32,000 nt of DNA from NCBI RefSeq assembly GCF_003231495.1, contig NZ_PQWO01000017.1:30001-62000 (forward strand), read 5' to 3'. The notes beneath the pieces were generated by a model. The model did no database searches. It was not told where the DNA came from and was given only the letters and a program-made list of their open reading frames with translations. A program made the translations under genes and the position numbers. This DNA is from Acaryochloris thomasi RCC1774. GTDB taxonomy: Bacteria > Cyanobacteriota > Cyanobacteriia > Thermosynechococcales > Thermosynechococcaceae. Numbering within the stretch: position 1 is the stretch's first letter; each line of letters opens with the position of its first letter. Positions 18,952-26,267 of this stretch are shown in pieces.

Positions 18952-18957
18952 TATAAT
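18952..18957 (+). promoter_or_regulatory. candidate -10 box (TATAAT) upstream of psbD
   Basis: Exact TATAAT in the AT-rich 286-bp region upstream of psbD. No good -35 at a 16-18 nt spacing (nearest TTGGAT is 21 nt away). It would imply a leader of about 135 nt. Confidence 0.25.
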
Positions 18958-19100
18958 GAGAAAACGTACAAATCATAAAGAAACTTAAACAATCACTCGT
19001 TGAGGCTCATATTTAATTCTGATGAGCCACCATCATTATCAGTTAAGCGAGTGGCTGAGTCTATTTGTGAAATTTGCCATTATTATCCGGAGAATTGTCC

Positions 19101-20156
19101 ATGACCATAGCAGTCGGACGCGGCCAAGAGCGAGGATGGTTTGACGTCCTCGACGACTGGCTCAAGCGTGATCGGTTCGTCTTTATTGGTTGGTCCGGCG
19201 TTTTACTATTCCCCACCGCCTTTTTGGCACTGGGTGGATGGTTTACCGGCACAACCTTCGTTACATCTTGGTATTCCCACGGTCTTGCCAGCTCCTACCT
19301 AGAGGGCTGCAACTTTTTGACCGTTGCCATTTCCACACCTCCCGATAGCTTAGGGCACTCCCTCTTACTACCTTGGGGACCCGAAGCACAGGGTAACCTG
19401 ACCCGCTGGTTCCAGCTGGGCGGCCTGTGGACTTTTGTGGCACTGCACGGTGCCATTTCACTGGTGGGCTTCATGCTGCGTCAGTTTGAGATTGCGCGTC
19501 TTGTCGGCGTGCGTCCTTACAACGCCATTGCCTTTAGTGCACCCATTGCAGTTTTTGTCTCAGTCTTTTTGATGTACCCCTTGGGCCAGTCAAGCTGGTT
19601 CTTTGCACCGAGCTTTGGTGTCGCGGGCATCTTTAGATTCATTCTGTTTGTTCAAGGTTTCCACAACTTCACCCTCAACCCCTTTCACATGATGGGCGTT
19701 GCCGGTGTGTTGGGTGGCGCGCTTCTATGTGCGATTCACGGTGCCACAGTGGAGAACACCTTGTTTGAAGACGGTTCAGAGTCCAGCACTTTTGGTGCCT
19801 TCAACCCGACTCAAGCAGAAGAGACCTATTCAATGGTCACAGCAAACCGTTTCTGGTCACAGATTTTCGGTATTGCTTTCTCCAACAAGCGCTGGCTGCA
19901 CTTCTTCATGCTGTTTGTACCGGTTACCGGTCTATGGATGGCATCGATTGGAATTGTGGGTATTGCTTTGAACCTGCGTAGCTACGACTTCATCTCTCAG
20001 GAAGTCAGAGCGGCAGAAGACCCTGAGTTTGAGACGTTCTACACCAAGAATATTCTGCTCAACGAAGGTCTGCGTGCCTGGATGGCTCCGCAAGACCAGC
20101 CTCATGAAAACTTCATCTTCCCTGAAGAAGTACTGCCTCGCGGTAATGCTCTCTAA
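19101..20156 (+). CDS. psbD: photosystem II reaction-centre protein D2
   Basis: [28 protein letters not shown] ... [11 protein letters not shown], full-length D2. ATG 19101 gives the canonical N-terminus; the ORF track begins 9 codons upstream. Key residues are present: His in [25 protein letters not shown]. Confidence 0.97.
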   Translation: MTIAVGRGQERGWFDVLDDWLKRDRFVFIGWSGVLLFPTAFLALGGWFTGTTFVTSWYSHGLASSYLEGCNFLTVAISTPPDSLGHSLLLPWGPEAQGNLTRWFQLGGLWTFVALHGAISLVGFMLRQFEIARLVGVRPYNAIAFSAPIAVFVSVFLMYPLGQSSWFFAPSFGVAGIFRFILFVQGFHNFTLNPFHMMGVAGVLGGALLCAIHGATVENTLFEDGSESSTFGAFNPTQAEETYSMVTANRFWSQIFGIAFSNKRWLHFFMLFVPVTGLWMASIGIVGIALNLRSYDFISQEVRAAEDPEFETFYTKNILLNEGLRAWMAPQDQPHENFIFPEEVLPRGNAL

Positions 20157-20190
20157 AGAGAAAGATGTCAAAGTTTTAGCTTTATAGCTG

Positions 20191-20224
20191 AAAGGAGCCT
20201 TGCTAGTCGAGGCTCCTTTTTTAT
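20191..20224 (+). terminator. rho-independent terminator of psbD
   Basis: AAAGGAGCC (20191-20199) pairs perfectly with GGCTCCTTT (20211-20219) around an 11-nt loop. The T-run continues to 20222. It lies 35 nt after the psbD stop. Confidence 0.8.
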
Positions 20225-20312
20225 GCTTAGCCATCTGGAAGCTTCCAGCCAGCTAAATCATCTATCTGAATGTTGTAATTGATAAGTCAATAGGTGAGCC
20301 GGAAGGTTGATT

Positions 20313-21029
20313 CTAAAAACCACCTCCAGCACCCCCACCTCCACTGGAACCACCTCCAAAACCTCCACCGCTACTCCCTGCATGATGATTGTGGCTACTT
20401 CCTCGATTAAAGAATAGAGAGCATAACCATAAAATACCGAAGAGCATTATCTTCCACCATTGCTTAATCCACGTAGACCAGGGGCGGCTCGAACGACCTG
20501 AGTCCTTGTTTTGCAATGCTGTGACTAAAACCGATGTTCCCGAAAGAACGCCTTGATCAAAGTGATCTTGCTTGAGACTGGGGATAATCTGATCGTCAAT
20601 GAGCTGCTTCACTTCGGTATTGGGCAAGATGGGTTCGATGCCATAGCCGGTCTCAATTTCTACTCTACGATCGCCCTTTGAGACCAAAAATAAGACGCCA
20701 TTATCTTTCCCTTTTTTACCAATCCCCCAAGTATTAAACAACTCGGTTGCAAATGTCTTTGGAGATTTCGAGGGAGAAGTCTCTGGGACCGTGACCACTG
20801 CAATCTCACTACTATTTTCAGCCTCTAGCTCTGAGATCATCTGATTAAGCTTCAGCTCTGTCGGCGCGCTCAAAACATCAGCCATATCAGTGACCCAACC
20901 ACCATTGTTCTGTCGCGGGTTGGGAACTTGTTCAATAGAAACGGCGATCGCAGGCAAAGTTGAACTCGCAATGGCTGCAGCACTTGCAAAACCTGCACAC
21001 TGAATTTTGAAGGGCGTAGAAGCTAGCAT
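20313..21029 (-). CDS. TPM-domain (TLP18.3/Psb32/MOLO-1, YgcG-like) protein with C-terminal TM and Gly-rich tail
   Basis: TPM pattern VTDMADVLS...L...EAENSSEIAVVTVPE...FATELFNTWGIGKKGKDNGVLFLVSKGDRRVEIETGYG. Signal-like N-terminus starts at ATG 21029; the ORF track starts at GTG 21104. TM helix IMLFGILWLCSLFF, then SSGGGFGGGSSGGGGAGGGF. Confidence 0.8.
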   Translation of the reverse strand: MLASTPFKIQCAGFASAAAIASSTLPAIAVSIEQVPNPRQNNGGWVTDMADVLSAPTELKLNQMISELEAENSSEIAVVTVPETSPSKSPKTFATELFNTWGIGKKGKDNGVLFLVSKGDRRVEIETGYGIEPILPNTEVKQLIDDQIIPSLKQDHFDQGVLSGTSVLVTALQNKDSGRSSRPWSTWIKQWWKIMLFGILWLCSLFFNRGSSHNHHAGSSGGGFGGGSSGGGGAGGGF

Positions 21030-21207
21030 TCGTTGCCTCGTAGTTGTAACTGAAAGCACTGTCCTTGTGCTGTTATGAGTAGCTTCCTGTAAAAATAGGA
21101 GCACTACAATCGGGTTTTTTCAGATCTTTGTCATGCGATCCTCAACGGCTCGAATTAGCTTTAGGGAGATTCCGTCTCTTTCCGAAGCTGCAGAGAAACG
21201 CTTCGGA

Positions 21208-23835
21208 TCAGGAAAAAGACTCTTGTTTCTGAGTTTCTGTTTGACAGGTATTGTCAAGGGGTACGAAATCTATTTTTGAGTTGCACTGCAGGGGCTCAAT
21301 CAATACCTGTGGAGGGAACTTGCGATCGCCACTCTTCTCAAAGGCAATCTTCCCGGTTGCCCCCCAAACACTGAAGCTAGGGTCAGCTAGGGCATTACGG
21401 GTTCCTGTCGGACTAGGTTGAGTCTGGGTCCGCAAGGCAGCAATCATGGCACGCGTTGCATCATAGGTCAGGGCCGTTTGTCCTTGAATCGAGGTGCCCC
21501 ACAGTTGGGCTGTGTGCTTGGGGAAATCTGGGTTGGGGCTAGTGGCAGGATGCCAGGGGACAGAGACGACAAGGGATGGCTGGCGTACATTCGGCAGCAC
21601 TTCTAAGGTTTTAGCGTTGTGGATTCCCCACGAACCGACGATGGCGTGGCGTCCGGCGTTGGCAGCAATCAGTTGAAAGGCGTTCTCCTGAGCCGGAGAG
21701 ACTTCGCCGTCTGGAACCAGCAGGATTGCAATCTCACTGGGGTTGCCGTATTGGGCTAGGGTTGCGATCGCATCTTCAGGATCAAATCCAGGGCTAGCTA
21801 AATCTGAGAGTGGATCGTTTTGCTGCACCTGCCGAACGATCTGGCCGCCTGCTTGCTGATAGATGTCCTTGAAGTCATCCCAAAAAGAGTGGGTAAAGGG
21901 ACTCTGAGGGTTGTAGTAAATCATCACTTTTTTCTGATTGGTTTTGATCAGATGGTTCGCGACAGACGTTGCTTCCACCGTTGTGACCGGAACCGTACGG
22001 AAAAAGTATCCCCCACCCATTTGCACCAGATCCTTGGCTGTCGAACCCGGCGAAATGACCGGAACCTGATGCTCCCGATAGATGGGGATTGTAGGTTCAG
22101 ACATGTCGCTAGCGTAGTGACCCACCACCCCCATAATCCTCGGGTTAGAGACTAGATCCCGTGCTCGCTGCTGAGCTTGATCGGCCACGTTCCAGTCATC
22201 GGCAATCACAACTTTGAGACCGATTTGGTCACCCACAGGGTTTGGTTTCAGAAATGAGACATCTAGCGGTTTTGGCAGCTTACCTAGATTGAGATTGGCC
22301 TCTGTCTGGGCCTGGGCAATGCCTCGAAGGAGTTGATAAGCCAATGCGTGACTTGAAATTTGGTTGTTATCTTGACGATGCAGAAATGGAACGCTCACGG
22401 CAATCGTGTGGTGCTTGATTTGAGAGGCATCTATGATCGCATTGTTGAGATAGATCAGCGTTTCAGGATCGGCTCCATCGTCTTGCCAAGATTCCAGTAG
22501 TTTCTGGATACCCTCTTGATACTTTGCCTGGGCCAGCAAACGAACTGCTTTAACTTTGTGAACCGGACGAGACCCTAGAATCTCCTCGCCCGTGCTGATG
22601 TAGTCACCTTGCAGCGGATGAGTTAATGGATTTCTCCAGGGCTGTGCTACGAGTAGAATGCCCGCAGCGACAGCACCCAGAATTCCCCCACATTTTGCCC
22701 AAAGACGAAGAGGCTTGAGTAATCTGTTCGGCACAGTAGGGGCCTGAGGCCAAGTCAGAGCAGTAGCCTGAGGCTGCTGGAAGAGGGTCGGTAGCCAAGT
22801 TGCATAGGGAAAACGATCTTGAAGAGCCTCTAGATCATGCTGGGCCGCCAGCACCGCGTGGTGAATTGAGCGACCCGCAATTGAGAACTGTTGGATAAAA
22901 GACTGGAAAAAACGGTGGGCGACCGGATCAGGGACCGGCTCTCGCATGTAGATGACGTAGGGAATCTTTAGATCTGAGAGATGACGCGCTAATCCTAAAC
23001 CATCACAGGAATTGAAGATGCAGATTTTCAGTCCACTGGCGGCTGCGATCCTTAGATGATGATGGAGTTCTTTCGAGGTAAAGCTATCGGTCTCGTTAAT
23101 GGATAAGATGCCTCGCTGGTCTTCTGTGCGGCTGTGGCCAGCGAAGAATAAGATATCCCAGCCCTGTTCATGCATGAGGGCTTGAGCAACTTGATGACGA
23201 TTAGGCTGTTCGAGACAGGTTAGCTCGATGTGGGGAATCGCATTGAGGATTTCTAGGTCTGGGGTTAGGTTAAGGTTGCGATCGCATCCCAATATTGCCA
23301 ACACCCGCACCGGAGAGGTCAAGGTACTGGCCTGACCCTGCTGATACTCTAGAGAACCTAGCGAAATAGGAATTTGGCGATCGTGTCGCTGTAACTGATC
23401 CCAAAGATGCCACGGTAGCCGCTGCAGCTCAGGGTTATCCGTTCGAATCAGCAGCCGGATATCCTCAGAAGCACCATAAACTTCAGAAAGCTGACGAGTG
23501 ATGCGCTGAAAATCTCCAGAGGCGTTGAGCCATTGCCGAAAGCGACTCTCCAATTGCTGGGCAGCAGCATCACACTGCTGCTTAGCCTGCTGCTTTTTGC
23601 GCCTTAGATTCAGACTCTGTGCTGAGGCCGCTTCAAATTCGAGTCGAGTGGCTTCACCCAAATTGCAGTAGTATCCGTGCCAGTCTGCATAGAGAGTCGT
23701 TAGATCGGTATTCGGTGTCAAAGTGCCCAGCAGGGTGCCCTGGGTTTGAAAGCTTCCTTCTGTGCGCCACTCCAGTGCAGCTTGGACCCCTTCAGACAGT
23801 TGGCCCCGCAGCCTCAGCACGATAATATGCATCAC
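21208..23835 (-). CDS. CHAT (caspase-fold) protease - single TM - periplasmic type 1 PBP (LivK/Venus-flytrap) fusion protein
   Basis: 875 aa. CHAT core at about aa 170-350 with dyad His234 in ILFFAGHS (codon 23134-23136) and Cys277 in IFNSCDG (23005-23007). Conserved-looking LPWHLW at 23401-23418. TM helix aa 377-399 (22639-22707), with 4 basic residues on its N-side. Residues 410-850 read as a LivK-type binding protein (KVVIADDWNVADQAQQRARDLVSNPRIMGVVGHYASDMSEPTIPIYREHQVPVISPGSTAKDL). Start is GTG 23835 or ATG 23832. Confidence 0.85.
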   Translation of the reverse strand: MMHIIVLRLRGQLSEGVQAALEWRTEGSFQTQGTLLGTLTPNTDLTTLYADWHGYYCNLGEATRLEFEAASAQSLNLRRKKQQAKQQCDAAAQQLESRFRQWLNASGDFQRITRQLSEVYGASEDIRLLIRTDNPELQRLPWHLWDQLQRHDRQIPISLGSLEYQQGQASTLTSPVRVLAILGCDRNLNLTPDLEILNAIPHIELTCLEQPNRHQVAQALMHEQGWDILFFAGHSRTEDQRGILSINETDSFTSKELHHHLRIAAASGLKICIFNSCDGLGLARHLSDLKIPYVIYMREPVPDPVAHRFFQSFIQQFSIAGRSIHHAVLAAQHDLEALQDRFPYATWLPTLFQQPQATALTWPQAPTVPNRLLKPLRLWAKCGGILGAVAAGILLVAQPWRNPLTHPLQGDYISTGEEILGSRPVHKVKAVRLLAQAKYQEGIQKLLESWQDDGADPETLIYLNNAIIDASQIKHHTIAVSVPFLHRQDNNQISSHALAYQLLRGIAQAQTEANLNLGKLPKPLDVSFLKPNPVGDQIGLKVVIADDWNVADQAQQRARDLVSNPRIMGVVGHYASDMSEPTIPIYREHQVPVISPGSTAKDLVQMGGGYFFRTVPVTTVEATSVANHLIKTNQKKVMIYYNPQSPFTHSFWDDFKDIYQQAGGQIVRQVQQNDPLSDLASPGFDPEDAIATLAQYGNPSEIAILLVPDGEVSPAQENAFQLIAANAGRHAIVGSWGIHNAKTLEVLPNVRQPSLVVSVPWHPATSPNPDFPKHTAQLWGTSIQGQTALTYDATRAMIAALRTQTQPSPTGTRNALADPSFSVWGATGKIAFEKSGDRKFPPQVLIEPLQCNSKIDFVPLDNTCQTETQKQESFS

Positions 23836-23844
23836 TTTACTCGC

Positions 23845-24792
23845 CTAAATGACAAAATTTTCAACGTGTTGGGCCTCGCCATAGCTCAGTTGAAGATAGA
23901 AACGTTCATCGAGAGCCGCACTAAAGGGTCGAGGAATCAGGTCACCACTACTCGTTGGCGAGAGCTGCTGAAAGGTCTGTCCGGCGGCATCGACAACGGC
24001 AAGCTGTAGATTACTGGGCAGTGGCTGCTCAGCCTCAATGACTAGTTCAATTTTGAAGCTACCCTCTGCTTTCGGCGATAGAGCCATGATCACTTCCACA
24101 TTAAGATCATGGAGCTGAATCGTTTTGGACACCAACGCCTGATCACGAAGGTCAGAAGCAGATAACTGGAGCTTCTCAGCCTCAACGCTGCGAGTGGCGA
24201 GGCTCATCTCTGCCAACGTGAAGTCTTGCGATAGCTGCCACCCGTGGAATGCTCCCACAGCAGACTCTACCAGTATATTCCCTTGTTCTCTTGCCCAGGC
24301 CCAGACTTGACTTAGGACCGTAGTTTGACTCTCATGCAGGTACTGAGGGAGTGCTTCAATAGGCTGAAGCTGACTAAGGAAAATTTTTCCGCTGGGTGGA
24401 ATGGGCTGAGGATTAAAGCCTAGAATTTGAGCCTGCTCAAGATGATCTTCAATCTGCACCATTACGTAGGCGATGCGATCGCACCAAGCATCCACCGGCA
24501 CCTGAAAGGTTGTCTCGCCAGCCTGGATCGGGCAGCACTCCAGTCGGCCCATATCTTTGACCACGAGATCTGCTCCCTCTAGCAGCTGGGAAAGAATGGA
24601 ACTGTGGCGCGGTTCAACCTCAAAGGCCATGCATTTCAGATAAAAATCAACGGCATAAACCGCTAGACCATTGCGAAACTGCTGCTGATTGTGATCGGCA
24701 TCGAACTGCGGCTGTACCTGTTTTTGGGCAATGTTCCAGGCTTTAGAAGTCAGCGGAACCGGAAAACCTGAGATTGAAGTTGAAGAGGTCAT
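23845..24792 (-). CDS. DUF1822-family protein
   Basis: 315 aa. Matches my memory of the cyanobacterial DUF1822 pattern: PVPL....A...A......NGLAVYAVDFYLKCMAFEVE, GRLECCPIQAGETTFQVPVDAWCDRIAYVMVQIEDHLEQAQILGF. Its stop is only 9 nt before the CHAT gene start. Confidence 0.8.
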   Translation of the reverse strand: MTSSTSISGFPVPLTSKAWNIAQKQVQPQFDADHNQQQFRNGLAVYAVDFYLKCMAFEVEPRHSSILSQLLEGADLVVKDMGRLECCPIQAGETTFQVPVDAWCDRIAYVMVQIEDHLEQAQILGFNPQPIPPSGKIFLSQLQPIEALPQYLHESQTTVLSQVWAWAREQGNILVESAVGAFHGWQLSQDFTLAEMSLATRSVEAEKLQLSASDLRDQALVSKTIQLHDLNVEVIMALSPKAEGSFKIELVIEAEQPLPSNLQLAVVDAAGQTFQQLSPTSSGDLIPRPFSAALDERFYLQLSYGEAQHVENFVI

Positions 24793-24832
24793 AGGTAAGG
24801 GTTAAAGCAACGACAGGTTCTAAGGAGTAATT

Positions 24833-25531
24833 CTAGAGATACTGATTAAAGTAGGGCAGTAGTTTCTGCAGAGTCCGCTGGAAAAAACAGGACAGCGTTT
24901 GGATCGGGATGCCGGTTTGGTCCGCCAGCTCTCGCCAGGTTTTGCCTTGGATATGACGGGCGATCGCCAAACATTGAAACGTAACCGTTGGGTGATGTCT
25001 AACGGCATAGGCGGCCAGCTTGCCCTCTGGATCTGTTTCTAGAAAAACCTGAAGTTTTTCATGTTCACGATCTGCCTCAGGATAGGGGATTTTATCCGGC
25101 TCAAAAAGAGGGACAGCAGGCTGTTCGCCCATCAGCTCTCGAAACTTGAAGCTCAGCGTACTGTTGACCCAAGCCATCACGGGATGCTCGCGTCGGTAAA
25201 GCTCAGGCTTCTGACAGATATAGAAATACATTTTCTGTTTAGCCTCGTTATATAGGTCAGCAAAGGCAGGGGCTGAATAGAACTGAGCATACTTTCTCAA
25301 TCGATTCAGTTGCCCTGACTGCTCAATGGTGATCACCAGCCGAGTCAATGCTTGCTGCCGAGCAATGGACTGTGAAGGATGGCCTTGAGCTTCTAACACT
25401 AACGCCAATAATTTTTGATCAATGGACTCATCCATATCTGGCTCTGAGGTTGAAGAGAAATGAGAGAGTCCCTCCTTTGTAAGCACTAAGGTCTCTATTT
25501 CTTTTGAATCAGGAACTGTGGTCTCCAGCAT
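24833..25531 (-). CDS. sigma-70-family-like (ECF-sized) protein
   Basis: 232 aa. LLALVLEAQGHPSQSIARQQALTRLVITIEQSG, then a region-2-like block (LYNEAKQKMYFYICQKPELYRREHPVMAWVNSTLSFKFRELM). C-terminal region-4-like HTH (GKTWRELADQTGIPIQTLSCFFQRTLQKL). Stop lies 40 nt before the DUF1822 start. Confidence 0.7.
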   Translation of the reverse strand: MLETTVPDSKEIETLVLTKEGLSHFSSTSEPDMDESIDQKLLALVLEAQGHPSQSIARQQALTRLVITIEQSGQLNRLRKYAQFYSAPAFADLYNEAKQKMYFYICQKPELYRREHPVMAWVNSTLSFKFRELMGEQPAVPLFEPDKIPYPEADREHEKLQVFLETDPEGKLAAYAVRHHPTVTFQCLAIARHIQGKTWRELADQTGIPIQTLSCFFQRTLQKLLPYFNQYL

Positions 25532-26267
25532 TGGCGCTTTTGGCCCCTATTCGTGCAAAAATTCGGCTCCATTCATAGGGTCTTATGGACTGATGGTCCT
25601 ATATTCTGCATTTCGTTACAGAGGTTAATATTTTCCGATTTTGCAGAAAAAGGGATGACTTTTCTCTATAGAACATCAGAAGGGTTTGCGGGCATCAACT
25701 GTTAGCCTGTTTTGGCAAAAGATGTGCCGGATTCTTTTACCCCATGTGGTGAAGGCTCCAAATCAATCCACGAAATTCCACGATCCAGTCCTGTTGTTTT
25801 CACAAGCGTCTGCATGAATTTTAGGTAAGGCTGTTGCGCAGGCAATACAGAATTATCCAGAACATTTGGGTCACGTCCTCATTACCGATTTCCAATAAAT
25901 CCTGAAAATATCCAATTGTTCTTTGAAGTTCATCATCAGACGCTAGAACTAAGCCGAACGGAGGGTTATTTTTATTCTTCAATTCTCCTCTTGAGGCGGT
26001 TTGCATCATCAATTCTATCTGAAAAAAATTTCGCCAAATATTCTAGGACTCTTTACTCAATGAGGCATTTAAATCATGCGAATCACAACTCGCTGTATTG
26101 GATGAACCGTCAGCGCTATCCTTTCCGGCATGACGGCACCACCCGCTGTAGGTCAGGCTCAGCCCTATCCATCGGTTGTCGTTGAGACTTATCTCGCAGC
26201 ATGTTCCAAAGATAGTCATGTTCCTCAGTCCTACTGTGAATGCACCATTTGAGAACTGCAGCGAACC

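Noticed and set aside
19074-19100. Nine-codon N-terminal extension of psbD
   Set aside because: D2 proteins begin MTIA.GR, and ATG 19101 reproduces this exactly.
19101-20156. psbD as a far-red-light (FaRLiP) paralogue
   Set aside because: There are no neighbouring paralogous psa, psb or apc genes and no rfpABC regulators. The substitutions are modest and could be lineage drift.
20191-20219. psbD terminator hairpin acting bidirectionally for the convergent TPM gene
   Set aside because: On the minus strand the stem is followed by only UUU and then CAGCUAUAAAGC, so there is no adequate U-tract.
21030-21104. 25-codon GTG-initiated extension of the TPM-domain protein
   Set aside because: ATG 21029 gives a normal signal-peptide-like N-terminus (MLASTPFKIQCAGFASAAAIASSTLPAIA). 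The extension has no such logic.
21208-23835. CHAT protein as a CRISPR type III-E Csx29 (Craspase) component
   Set aside because: No CRISPR repeats, no gRAMP/Cas7-11 or other cas genes and no TPR region are present. The protein has a TM helix and a PBP ectodomain instead. Only the CHAT-to-sigma logic is analogous.
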